Of a DNA stretch of 64,000 bases, positions 24,897 through 40,892 are shown piece after piece. The notes under the pieces were generated by a model. The model did no database searches, was not told the origin of the DNA, and saw only the letters and a program-made list of their open reading frames with translations. Source of the stretch: Vitrella brassicaformis CCMP3155 (lineage: Eukaryota > Protista > Chromerida); assembly GCA_001179505.1 (NCBI GenBank), contig CDMY01000258.1:62001-126000 (forward strand). The letters are read 5' to 3'. The position numbers and the translations under genes were made by a program. Numbering within the stretch: the first letter of the stretch is position 1; each line of letters opens with the position of its first letter.

Positions 24897-26175
24897 CTGA
24901 CAGACGATGCTGATGGTGTTTTGTTGAAGCTGTGATGACCAGTGTTGGGAAGGACTGAGGGAGAGAGGCCCCCTACAGAGCATCGTACGAAGGAAGGCAG
25001 GCAGGCAGATGGGTGTACATGTGGCTGATCTGGGTCCTCCATGGATGTCTGCCGAGTGAGATGATGCATGCAGCTGTTCTCCCAGCCCAATGGGTCAGAG
25101 GATTTTGGTGCGTACCCCTTCGCGTCTATGTACGTCTATGCAAAGAGCGGGGACCGACTTTTTGTTGGCATTGGTGTTTCTGCTTGTGTAGGAGGGACTG
25201 TTTGACAGGAGCAGTATCCTTTCTGGATGTGCTTGAATATGTATTCTTTGACTGTGCTGAAGGGCCTGTCTGTGTACAAATGGAAAGGTGTGTATACCAG
25301 ACACGCATCACTGAAGTGTCTGTCTGTCGCGTCCATCCATCCATCCCTTCTAGCTATGCAGCTAGAATCAGGCTGCAGTGAGTGGTGATATGAGTGATAT
25401 GGTCCTTGTTCGTGTCTTTATGGAAAGACAGACAGACAGACAGACAGTTTTCGCCAAATTGCCCTACACGACCGGGTCGGCCGCTGACAACCAGACGCGC
25501 ACCTTGGGGGTCTGGGTTGGTTGTTTTGACACCTTTCCCTTTTCATTGTGTCTTTTTGCGTGTTGTGTTTTCCATGGGAACACATGGGAACACACTGGAT
25601 GCCATTGGATGGATGGATGGATGCATGGACGGGTCAATGGGCGTGGCGTGCCTATCTGTCTTTGCATCCCAGCACTGCAAAGATCATAAATATGTTATCT
25701 ATGTGGGTGCGGTGTGTGCATCTCTCTCGGAACATGAATCAACCGCATTGTGTGTGACTGACAAATAGAGACATCCACTCACTCACTCCATGAAAAAGAG
25801 CCACGGCGCTCGTCTCGTCATCGCAACCAATGACCTCCACCGCCCATGCACACATACAGTACACTGACCGACTGACTGAAGCAGACACAGGCCAGCCTTC
25901 GATCACAGCTCGTCTCGTCCCATCTGCCATGCCACCAGCTTGAGTGACAATTACCCACCAACACACCACACCACAACCAGCCGTCCAGCCGGGGGCACAC
26001 ACCTCGCCCATCGATCACGCCTGCCCTCCTGTCGGATAAGCATGGTAACACAGAATGCGCCTGACACACGCACACACACAGAGAGAGAGAGAGAGAGAGA
26101 CGGTCCGTCTCATCCCGTTCCAATGCATGAAGGCATTCATTCCGTCCGTCCCACAGCACTCACTGACTGACTCCC

Positions 26176-29100
26176 TTACTTGTTCTGCGTCATGACATAT
26201 ATGCGGAGGTAGGGCGTCTCCATCTGCGGCCCGCCCATCAGCCCGAAGGGCATTGGGTGAGACGCCAGACCCTCACCCTCCCGCTCCCTGTCCAGCGTCA
26301 CATAGTCACGGGCGCCGGTGCCACCCTCCTGCCCCTCTCGACGACCCACAATCGCAGCCACGGCCACGCCACACAGCGACTCGTACCACCCCTCTGGACG
26401 CTGCTGCTGCTGGCCCCTGCCGTCGTCTTGCTGCTCGTCAGCTGTGGGGATGGGAATGTGGTCGCCGGCCTCTGTCACGACATGGGGCTCGTCATGGGCG
26501 GCGTCGCGTGGCCGCCTTGCCTGTCCAGTGGCGGTGTCCTGCACGGCAGCCGTCAGACCTAGCAGACGGCCTAAGAGCGCCGCCCCTCTGCCGCGATGGG
26601 GGGACCCTTCTGCCCCCTCACCATCCTGCTCTCGCGCTGGCCTCTCCCGCCGCAGCAGCAGGGTGCGCTGGCCGAAACGGACCGCCATCTCGCTCGCAGT
26701 AGTGTCGCCCCCATTGCCGCCATTGCCGCCATTGCCGCCATTGCCGGAGACGGTGCCGGGGTCGACTTGTCTGCGGTAGTCCATGACGCGGCAGTTGGCC
26801 TTGAAGTAGAGCCGTTGGGTGTGCTTGCAGCGGATGATTGAGTAGACTAGGACGGGGGGGCCGCGCTTGGATGCAGTGACAAGGACGCCCAGCTGCGGGA
26901 CCCACTCGAAGAAGGAGAGTCTGTTGAGGCCGCCCACCTGGAAGCGGGTGGGCTGCCCGGCCCACACGTTCATCACACGAGCCTGGGTTATGTATGGGTG
27001 GACACATAAACAAACAAACGAAGAAGACGTGTGTCTTGGTTGGGTGCGTCATTCTGTTCGCTGGTTGGCTGGTTGATTGCTCTAACACCCACCCACCTTG
27101 AGGCTGAGAGTGCATCGATACCCTCCCCCACCACCACCACCACCACCAGCCCCACTCGCAGATGACGCGGCGGGCTCGTCCATCTCTGCCGTCCGTTGCT
27201 CGTCGGCTGCGGCCAGTCGCTGCTCCTCCTGGTCAGCCACCTCCATCATGATCTCGCGCATTGTCTGGCCCCTCTCACCCTCGCTCTCGGCCTCACCACC
27301 ACGAGCCGCCCCCTCCCCACCTCCACCACCCCCACCTCTGAATGGCTGCAGACATCGGCTGACCGCATCTTTGAGCCTCTCGGCCACCCTCTTGCCGCCG
27401 CCGTCGATGTGTGCGTCGGTCTGGTTGAAGTCAGGCTTCATCAGATAGAGGGCCGCCTGAGATGACCCCACTAGCAGCCAATCGGAGAGCCGCCTGGCCT
27501 CGCCCGCAGTGACGGTGGGCGTGGTGTGTGTGGCGGCGTGCTGGGGGGCGGCATGGCGCATGTGGAAGGGCCCGTTGAGGCTGTAGTCGATGGTCTCGTC
27601 GTCGGAGGGCTCCTCTCCGCCGTCGTCTTGGACGACAACCATGTCGTGGGGGCTGCTGTCGTCCTCGCCGCCATCGTCGTGCTCGGGATGGTCGCCGTGC
27701 ACGAGCGCCTGGTGCCAGTCGTCAGGCACCTGCAGGTGGGCGGGGAACAGCGCCGCCAAACTGATGGGCGTGCAAGGGAGAGAGAGAGAGAGTGACAACA
27801 CACACATCCACATCACAGCCAAGTGGGTGGATGGATGCGTTCCTCTCTCTGCGATCGCCCACTTACTCTATCGGCTCGTGCAGCGCGTCCTCAGGGCGGG
27901 GACGCAGCGCGTCCGCCCAATGGGCGTCTGCATCCGCATGAGGCGCCTCTGCGTCCCCGCCCTGCGGCTCGCCACCCTCGTAGCTGTCCATCATGCCGTT
28001 GTCGGCCCCCTCCTCCTCACCCTCCGCCTCACGCGCATCCATGAAGGCGTCCTCAGAGCTTTCTCCATCGTCATGCATCTCCAATGCCGACCGGTCGCCG
28101 TTGCGGATCTCCGCCAGGATCTCGTGCACGGCCTCGCTGGCTCGCCTGAAGTCCTCTTCGCTCATGGGATGAGGTTCCCCCGACGATGATGCTGCTGCTG
28201 CTGCTGCCGGTGCAGGTGCCTCGTGGCTTCTCGTCTGCTCTTCCTCGGCTTCTGCTGCCTGTCCTGGTTGATCGGTGTTCCCTGCACCGATGTCGCCACT
28301 AGGTGCCGGCGAAGCGGCAGCATCGCTTTCTGGCCTCACCCGTGCCAGCACCAACACGTGATGCGGCCGGGACGGCTCGTCTGGTGGGTGTGGGACGGCG
28401 TCTGTCCTCTCGGGCGTGCCCGCAACGAGTCGCTCCTGGTGCTCCCGCCGCGCCGCTATGAACTGCCCGATTGAGTAGCGCCGCTCATGGATGCCGCCGT
28501 CTGCCGCAGGCTCATCTGATGATGCCGCCGCTGGTGGTGGTGGTGGTGAGTGTGTTGGGCTGAGAGGGTCGTGCTCTGAGGGGTTGAGAGAGAGTGCGGA
28601 AGCGGGCCGGGGAGGTGTGTGTCTGTCGCTGCTGCTGTGGCCGTGGTCGGGGGGCCGGTAGGGTGTGGTCTCGGGGGTGGAGGGGAGGGAGGGGGGCAGC
28701 CTGTCCGCTGCTGCCTGCCGAGCCTGCATTCATTCAGTCATCCATCCATCCATCCATCCATGGAAAGATAAAGGAGCGTGTCTGTGTCTGTCTGCTTGAT
28801 GTGGTATGTGTTGTGCAATGACCTCACCCTATGTCTCTCTGCGGCCGGGAAGGAGGACGAGTGTGCGATGGCTGCCGCGGAGGGCAGCATCTCGCGCAGC
28901 TCGGACTCGATGGCCGCCTGCAGCGTCGACCGAAACTGTGGATTCTGCACACATTCAGACATGACATCAACAAAACGGAGAGCATACCAGGAGGATCTGC
29001 TGTATTGCGTGCACACGTGTGTGTGTGTGTGTGGGGATGGTCACCATGAAGAGGCCAAATGCGTATTCGTCGCCGATTTCGTTGCCCAGCTGCTGACGGG

Positions 29101-30746
29101 TCAGCAAAGACGATGATTGACTACCCCTCTGACACACGCGCACACCCACACCCACACCCACACACACACACATGCAGCCAATACAAACTACATGCACACG
29201 CCTCTCCCCTCCCCTCTCTCTGTGCCACCCACCCACCCGTTCTTCAATGGCCCTTCTGATGAGGGGTCGCCTGTATGCCCTCTCCATCTCATTGGGAAAC
29301 CTCTCCAGCCACTGCGCTATCAGCGGATGGATCTCATTCCGATTCAGCAGCCGACCCACGCGCAGTGGAGGACACCCCAGAAAGATAGGACCACCACCTC
29401 CACCTCCACCTCCACCACCGTCCCTCGACAGCTCCGAAAATGACCGTGCGATGACCGATGACGACTGCCGCTGAGACTCGCCATCTGCCGATACTGCTGC
29501 TGCCGCTGGGGGCGGTAGGGGTGCGATGGGAGGTGTTCTGCGCCACCTGGATGTGCGCATGAAGGGCGCCCTGAGGGGCGGGTGCGGGTGTGGGTGGCCG
29601 GCCAGGTCTGCCAGAGGCCCTGTGCGTGTGAGGGAGGACCATGCTAGCCGCATTCGGGGGGGCAGCCGGAGGCTGCGAGAGAGGTCGACCTGAGTGAAGG
29701 TCGGTAGGAGAACGGACGAGTGTGTAGGTGTGTGTCATGGTTGGCTGTGTGTGGTGTGTGTGTACCTCAGGAATGTCGTCTTTGTGGACCCATCGAATGC
29801 CCCACCCCCACTCGGCGATGCGATAAATGCCCAAACACTCACCACGAGCAGCGTGCCTACACACACACACACACACACACATCCATCCATCCCCTCCACG
29901 CCCCACGTGGCCCACTCTGGTACCACAGCCGAAAGGTCCCATCTATAGAGGCCGATGCCAGATAGTCGCAGCTCTCCGGATACCCCGGGCAGTAGGCGAT
30001 AGACGGGATGTTGTGGCCATGCCCCACCAGCCGGTGCGGCGTCTGGTCCTCAGAACCGCTCAGATTCCACTCAGTGACCACGTGGGCGTTGCTGCCCACG
30101 GCGAGGATGGGCCCCTGTGAGGGCCTCGGGCGGGCGGCCGCCGAGATGCTCCAGGTGGAGTCGTCCTCGTTGGTGTAGACGTTGTGGAAAATGATGGGGT
30201 CGCGGTTCTCGCGGATGAACTGCAGCGGGTAGATGCGCACCTGATGGACGGCACGGACACAAGAGACAGGGCCATTCTCTCTCCCTCTCTGTGAGTGAGT
30301 GAGTGGATGGGTGGACAGACACCTGCGCCCGCATGGTGACGACGATGAGGCTCTCGGTGTCGCCGCAGATCTCGACAGTGATCTGGTTGATCTCCCCCGC
30401 CTCCTCGTCGACCTGCAGCCAACGCCACGGAGCCGGACCCTCCTGCAAACGATCTGACAGACAGACAGACAGATGCGCAGGTACACAGACCAATGCACAC
30501 ACAACCGGGTTTGTCAGTCAACATCACTCACCGGCCGGCGGCAGCTTCTTTCTCTTCTTGGGCGGCATGTTTGCAGGGTCGTCGATAAAGCGGCCGGTGG
30601 ACCGGCTCACCCGGAACACAAACACCTGATGGATTGATTGACGCACACAGACGGGGAGAGAGAAAAGGAGGAGCACGTGTGTGTGCAAGGACAAGCAGGC
30701 AGGCAGGCAGGCCTCGTCTGTCTGCGTCTGTCTGTCTGTCTGTCTG

Positions 30747-30778
<32 letters not shown>

Positions 30779-31124
30779 ATCTGTAATCTCGTCAGGTCGC
30801 TCACTTTGGAGAGTGCGCCAGCGAAGAGGAGTGAGTGGTCTGCACTCAGCGCCAGCACATTCATGGCCGCCACCGGCAGCACGTCGTTCATCAGCGGCGC
30901 ACGCACCGAAAACACCTGCCAGGGATGGAGGGATATATGAGCCAACACACGGGGTGTTGGTCACAACCAGGCCAACAGACAGAGAGAGAGAGAGATAAGA
31001 AACACACGTGCGATGGATGGGCGGATGAATGGATGGATGTGAGTGAGTCATCGACAGCGGCCAACTCTGAGGGCATTTGCAGCCACCCTCGGGCACCCAC
31101 CTGATGCACCTCGAAGGGCTCCAT
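26176..31124 (-). CDS. CRT10-like WD40 repeat protein with a basic NLS-like motif, multi-exon
   Basis: STWSISA...LAVGSNAHVVTEW...VGHGHNIPSIAY...LASASIDGTFRLW and C-terminal LNRLSFFEWVPQLGVLVTASKRG resemble the CRT10 family. PPKKRKKL lies in an early exon. Start MEPFEVHQ| inferred from a splice donor. Confidence 0.65.
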
Positions 31125-31243
31125 CGGCCGCACAAGCAACAGATGAGATGAGATGAGATCACACGAGTTCGGTCGGACGGACGATGGTCACGCCATCTTC
31201 TGCCTGCCGTTTTCACAGGAGATCGGACTGGTGTGCCTCAGCC

Positions 31244-34011
<2,768 letters not shown>

Positions 34012-34099
34012 TGCATGAGACCACATACGAGGGTGGGGAGGGAGACGGGGAGGGGGAGGAGGATGGCGAGCGCGTCAGCCCCTCCCGCTCGAGCACTCT

Positions 34100-37000
34100 C
34101 TGCCCGGGCTGAGTGACGGGCGGGCTGGCGGTTTTGCATACCTACTATGCAATGCAATGCAATCAGTAAGTATATCCATCCTCCCATCTATCTTTCCATC
34201 CATCCATTGATGCATCGACCACACACATCGGATCCATCCAATCCAGGAAGGGATGAGGCATACCATACCTGGTGGGCTAATGAGTGTGTGCGTGAGTGAG
34301 GCCATGAAGGTGTGCGTCATTGGAATGGATCGGTGGGGAGGTGCCTGTCTGCCTGTCTGCCTGAGTTCCGGCGCAGCTGCTGATATTGCTGATGAATGGT
34401 GACTGCCATGATGACTGACTGGATGCTCAATCGGTAGGTGCCTGCCTGCCTGCCTGCCTCCCGGCGGCTGGCCCCTTTTCCCGTTTTGTTTTTTCGTTTT
34501 GGTTCATTTGCCTCGTTTGACGGACGGATGACATCCAGCTACTTGGCTAACAGCGCGGGACAGGAGGGATCGCTGGATACATGGATGGAGGGATGGACTG
34601 ATGGATGGATGGATGCGATGCATGGGTGGCTTGCAGAGAGACGTAGCTGGGCACGTGCAGGCGAGAGCCATGCACTTTTTTCCCTGCTTAAGACAAGACG
34701 AAAGAGGAGAGAGAGAAGAGCGCGGTGAGTGCCGTCTGTCTCTGTCTGTCTGTCGGTCTGTCTTGTGTGGTGTGTGCGCTCGTGTGGGGGCCCTTCTCTC
34801 CTCTCGGACGAGCTCGCGCACCTCGATGATGCATCTCGCAGATGGGGATGCATTGTCCAGGTGCGCTTGGTGCGCCTGTGGGAAGGAGGCACCACACTGT
34901 TGTGCTGAGACTGTCCGATTGAGTGCCTACCTACTGGTATGTCTGTGTGTATACGTGTTGCATCTCAATCTGTCTGTATTTGTGTGGCTGACTGACTGAC
35001 TGTCTCGTGTCTCGGTTGGTGCCTGCTCGTTGTTCGTCTGTCGTTTATCTTGGTCCCATTATATATTCCTTGGTGTGTGGATGACTGCGCATGGCCGACA
35101 CACACACATACACACATACTAACTGACATACCTCTCTGGGAGTACACACGGGCGGGGCGGGGCGCCGCTTTATGCATTGGATCCATGGATGGATGGATGG
35201 GTAGATGGATGGATGGATGACGGACGGCGGCTGTGTCTGTGTGTATATAGAGTCTGAGTGCGTGCAGTGCAGATGGGCACCAGCGAACCGACAAACGAAC
35301 GATGGGCCAGCTGGCTTTTTCTGCGTGCGGCGGTGGGCCAATCTGCCCGCCATCGGCACAACACGTGTGTGTATGTGGGTGTGGGTGTACAGGACTCTCG
35401 ATAGATAGACAGACGACAGGATTTTTTCTAACTTATCCTCGTCTGTCTATGGTTGATTTGTTGCACCCACCCTTGCACCGCACCCTCCCTGCAGCTGCTG
35501 CTGTGTTCCTTTCCTTTCTTTCGTTTCCTTTCTCACCACATCCATCCATCCATCCATTCATTGTTCCACTCCCCCGCTCAAGTCAGTCACTCGTTTGGCA
35601 ATTTTGTTTTGTCGCATTCTTGTGTGTTTGCCTCACCCCCACGCACCCCCATGGCCAATAGATAGATCACTGGGAGGGAGGGAGGGAGGGTTGGGGCATT
35701 CCATCCATCTGTGTGTGTGGTGTAACTTTCTAACAGCTGCCGTGACGTTAATGCTGCCTGACTGTCTGTCTGTCTGCCTGGGCAACGGCGTTGAGCCAGC
35801 CAACCGACAGTGTGGTGTGCTGTCTGCCGACATACATAGCCAGAAGCGAATTTGTGGACAGGGCAGAACGCTCCACACCCACACTCACACCCACACTCAC
35901 TCTCATAGCACACACAAGCGCACACACGTGTTCCCGAAGGGAAGAGACACAGGCGAGAGGAGAGAGGGATGGGGAGAGAGATTGCCTGCGGTGGGTGATT
36001 TGTGGTGAGAGTGATGGGGTGGTTTTGATGCCTGCCTGCCGCCCATGTCATGTGTGACACACTGACTGAGCCCATTGCCGGCTTGGTTTTGCCCTTTTGA
36101 TAAGCTAAGCTCGTGGATAAATACGAGAGCTGACTGGCCCCTTCGCCAGTGCATCTGGCGCTGGATTATCGTTGTGATTATGGCTGTGCGGGAATTCGCA
36201 TACTGCTGCTGCTGCGAGTATTATAGCTGGGTATTGTCTGTGTGATGTCCACCCCTCCTCTCATTCCTTGTGTGTGCGTGCGGTGCCCGTCCCACCCCCA
36301 CCCTGAACCCCCCACCACCCCCTCTCACCTCAGCTCACCTCAGCTCAGCTCAGCTCACCCAATGGCAGTTTTTCAACCACCAGCAGCATCAACCACATGC
36401 TGCTGGACTGCCTGCCTGTCTACCTTCCTGTCTGTCTGCCTTGTTGGCGTGTTGGGAGAGAGAGAGGGGGGGGGGGTTGAAGAAGGTGATGGGGCATTTT
36501 TCACCTCGCTATGGATGGTTGGAGGGAGGGGTCGATCCTGAGCGGCGGCATGTGTGTCTGCCTGATGCTCGAGTATTACACACACACGTGATGTCTGTCT
36601 GGTGTTGAGAGCGTATGACGTACGTGTCGATTGACCAGCAAGTGAGAGAGAGAGGGGCGGAAGAGAGGGAGAGAGGGAGGGCCTGCATACCCACACAGGT
36701 GCACACAGGAGGGGAGGGGGACGGACTCATGAGGTTTGTTGCCTGTTTGTGCGTGTGGTGCATCCATCCAATGCGTGTCGATGGAATTGGCTCGGTGCCG
36801 GGCATGTGTGCGTGCATCATGGCATGCATGACACACGTGCAAGCGGCCGAGAGCTCTCTACCTCGTTAATAGATAGCCACACCACCTGCCACACACACAT
36901 GTCTCTCTCTCTCTGTCTCTCTCTGACGGTCTGTAATTCATTCATTCCATGTGTGGAGGGGGAGCTACATGAGTATGTGTCTGTGTCCAATATTGAACAC
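34100..37000. repeat. Microsatellite-dense non-coding region: (TGGA)n, (TCCA)n, (GTCT)n, (CA)n, (GA)n, (CCTG)n
   Basis: Seen directly. ORFs here translate to VCVC/THTH/DRQT low-complexity strings. The same repeats fill most introns in the window. Confidence 0.85.
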
Positions 37001-37277
37001 AGCCGTATCGGATCGCTTTACACTTTTGCATGTTTTTGTTTGAATCAAGGTCGGAAGGTTCAGCGACGATGAAACCTACAAGTTTACAACCTGGCCGCAA
37101 AACGCTTTGTTGGCCGCGAACCCTTGGAGCTGTTTTGCTGTTTTTCTCCATCCCCCGCCGCATATCGTCACTTCCCACGGGCTGTTTGCTCACCGGTCCC
37201 GTCGCGAGTGTCATGGCTGATAAAGAGAAAGACACCCGGCTGTGAGCGCAACATCAGAGGAGGAAGGCTCTGCATCC

Positions 37278-39886
37278 ATGGATACCCACGGTAGGCCGGC
37301 AGGAGAGGGATGCGTGGATGGATGGACGTATCTGTGGCTTAAATGGGGTGGGGGGAACGGATGCATGGCATGAGATGAATTACATATTGCATTGTGGGTG
37401 CAGATGTGGCCAAGGCGGCTGGCGGGTTGAAAGATCTACATGGCCACTTCAAGAGGAGTTTGTCGCTCAAACACGGTGGTAAAGAGACCAGGAAGCTGCG
37501 CGCACCTGCCATTTGCCGCGGGCTGCGTGTTCCCCCGTGGTGCAGGTGGAGGTGAGGCTGTCGAGAGTGCTCCGATGACCGAGGCCAAGGACGGTAGGCA
37601 TACATACCGCAATGACGCCGTTTACACTGTTTTAAAACACAGGTACCCGGCGCATTCTCATGGCCCAGAAGGAACTCGCGCCCAAGGATTCCGAGTAAGT
37701 GCGAAGGAAGAGACACCACAACCACAGTAACTATACACAGACACACGCCAACGTGATGTGTGCGTGGCTTCTTCAGCAAGGCATTCCGTGCGTCTCTGCG
37801 GGTGTTCGAAAGCAGCACAGGGGACGAGGTACGCGAGCAGCTGCCTCGTGTGCCCTGCACTGCAACATCTGTGTGTTGTGTTGTGTTGTGTTGTTTCCAC
37901 AGGGGCTATTTGTGACCGATCCATGCTCGTTTCTGGCGTTCTACTATGAAGGCAGTCCGGAGGACACAACACTACACCACACCACACTGCCGCCATCGAT
38001 TGTCACTGCTTCTTTCAGCCAACGCGGTCCGCCACATGGCCTCGTCTGACATCAGCAAAATCGTCCGCCGCAGTGCAAAGTGAGTGCGGGTCGTGTCGTG
38101 TGTCACCATGCATGTCAGTCAGCTGCAGGCCACCCATCTCTCGCGTGTGTGTATTGTATGTGTGTGTGTGTGTCAGAGAGATGGTCGTTAACTTCCACAC
38201 AGGGCCCCCTGTGATCATCAACTTCAAGAGCGAGGCAAGTGCACTGCACACCTTCCTGCCTCCCCACTGCGGATCTCATCCCGCCGACCGATCTGTGTGC
38301 GCATGGCGTCAGGATGTCGATGAGGTGTGCCGGTGGGTGCAGAAGCGCGTGTCGGACAAAAGCACGGTGCAGCACTGGTTCCCTGTCGTCGATGACCCGT
38401 CCTACCAGCTCTCTACTGGTGGGCAGACCGCATGTACCACATGGAGAAGACCGAGACAGACGTTCTTGTGTTGGATTGCTCTCTCAGGTTCGCGTGAGAT
38501 GTCTGTGTCTAGCTCTGCAGAGGCCAGCGGTACATACGCGCACACGGTGGCATGAAAGCAGAGGAAACAGACGGATGCTTTGCTTTGTTGCGTTGTGCTA
38601 TACAGGCACTTCTGGCCGCCTGTACGTTCGTTGCCGACCTACTGCACGAGAGCCAAGTGTGATGCACGCACCTTGTTGTTCTTTCTCTCGTGCCGTTCAG
38701 GGCGTATCCGTGTGCGATCCGCCCCAAACAACACGTGACGTACCATGTTAGCCAGCTGAAGACATCCTTGAGCACTCGGCACGAATGGATGTCTGCTCAC
38801 ATCACATCAGGCCACTGTTCGTGCCGATGACACGGGCCTCGCGTGCACGGGTGAGGGGACCGGCAGCATGTCCACATCCCCTGCGTCTCTTTCCTGCACA
38901 GGTACAACTACAGACGACCACTCAATGTTTCTGCCGTACGCGAAGGTCGCCCAGTCTCAAAGAAGAATCTGTGAGCCGCTCGCTACGCTCCGCACACAGT
39001 CACAGAGACACACGCCTCCCTCCACGTGCGTGCCGTGCTGCATTCAGGTCGCTGGTGCGTATGGAAATCGACGGCACCTTCAAAACATTCAACTTCTTCG
39101 AATCGGTGACAAACCACCGTATCCAACACGACATGTGACACCAAACCAACACGCATGCCTGGGGTGTGCCCTTGTGTGCACTCAGCAACACATCGAGAGC
39201 ATTCTGAGTGATGTCATGGCCAAGGTGGGCTCGTCCATCCATCCATCATAGCAACACGAAAATGTAGATGACTGATAGATCGATGCCGCCCTCTGTGTGT
39301 GTCTGCAGCACGCTGCTTCGCACATCTACTTCGATTTGGGTGGCGGTAACCGATTGACAGACAAACAGAGAGACAGCCGACCCCAACAAGAGCCTTTTGC
39401 CCTCATTCTCTGTGTCTCCAGAACAGCCGGAGGCGCTCAGACTCTCTGCCGTGTCCAAGTTCCAACTCGCCGAGGCCAACGTCAAGAGCACCCCAAAGGC
39501 AAACGACACTGCCGGTACGTAGGAGGATCTAGCGTAGGATCAGAGCTCTCATATGTAGCTTCCGCTGTTTCCCCGTTCTGAAGGTTCTGTCGATCATTCT
39601 GCTGGTGCTGCTGCTGGTGCTTCTTCCTCCCCGCCCCTGCCTCCCGCCCCCGCCCCCGCCCCCGCCCGTCGCTGATTCTGATGCGGACCTGTTGAAGATG
39701 GGCTTCCACGCCGTGCAGGCCGACCCATCGATGGCCCTCGGCTATGAGCGGCAAGTCAAGCAGACGCAGATCCGCCTCGCGACACTCAAGGAGGAAGAGG
39801 GGGAGGGGGTGGGGGAGGGCGAGGATGAGGGGCTCCCGTCGCTGATGGACATACTCAAGAAGAATAAGAAGGCAGGGGAGGAATGA
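37278..39886 (+). CDS. Hypothetical many-small-exon gene with a PH-like domain in its N-terminal half
   Basis: Phase-compatible exons give ...RASLRVFESSTGDEGLFVTDPCSFLAFYYEANAVRHMASSDISKIVRRSAKEMVVNFHTGPPVIINFKSEDVDEVCRWVQKRV..., a run of strands followed by a Trp-containing helix. The last exon is Pro-rich and ends at TGA 39886. Middle exons only partly resolved. Confidence 0.5.
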
Positions 39887-40892
39887 ACTCGTCCGAGCGT
39901 GAGGATGAGAGAACAAGAGGGGGACTGAGCAGCCACGCATGACACACACACACACACACACACAACCAACCAAGGGGGTGGATGTAGTGAGTGTCGTGAC
40001 TCGTGAGGTTTTCCTTCTCTATGCTCTGTCGGCCTGCATAGCGCCATGTGCCCATGTTGTGCATGTATGGCGTGAGTCGTAGAAAGGTGTTCTCTCCCTC
40101 CCTGACTGACCGACTCGATATCTGCATTGATCTCTCATGAGTCGACTCTCGAACCACGGTGTCTCAACATCAACCAATCGGTGGGTGCATCTTCGCAGAG
40201 ACTGATCATGATGGATGCACACAGAAAGATCGATCACCGTTGTGAGTGCGTGCGTGAGAAGGCTCACAGACCATTCAGACCACTCAGCCGCCTCCATGTC
40301 AAGGCGGCCAGCTGCCCGCGTGGAGTGCATTTTCTAATTTGGCTGCATCGCTGCGGCAAGGGGCCGTCCTCGCTTCATGCCGCAGGGACGGCCATGAAGT
40401 TAAGCCTCCACGCATGCCGTTAAGCTCTGCCGATGAGTTCAAGGCGCTCCCGATGGACTGAACATTGCAAATGACCAGCAACCTATCTGCAATCACCAGA
40501 GCACAGCGTATTGCGCCACACCAGGCCCTCCAAAGCCTTGGAAGGAGGCGGCCGTGGACGATCGTCGACGAGCTTGCAGATGTGCGAGCTTCAGTGATGA
40601 GTGAGATGATAAAGATGAAGATGACGACGATGCGAGCGACGATGCATCGTGAGCAGCAGCCCTTTCCACGGCCGCATTCGCCGGAGCCGCCAAGGAAACC
40701 ACGGCGCCGGAGATGGCGCAACTTCAACGTGGACAGCGGCGATGAAGGCGATTGCGGCGTCGTGGAAAGGAGCTGCCCATTTCGCTGCAGCAGAGCAGGC
40801 AGTCGGCCGGTGCACGTGGGATTCCCGTGTGCACCTGTCGGCTGCTGCTTCAGCGGCGCGTGTCGGCGCCATGTTCCCAAGGACCGCTCCGG

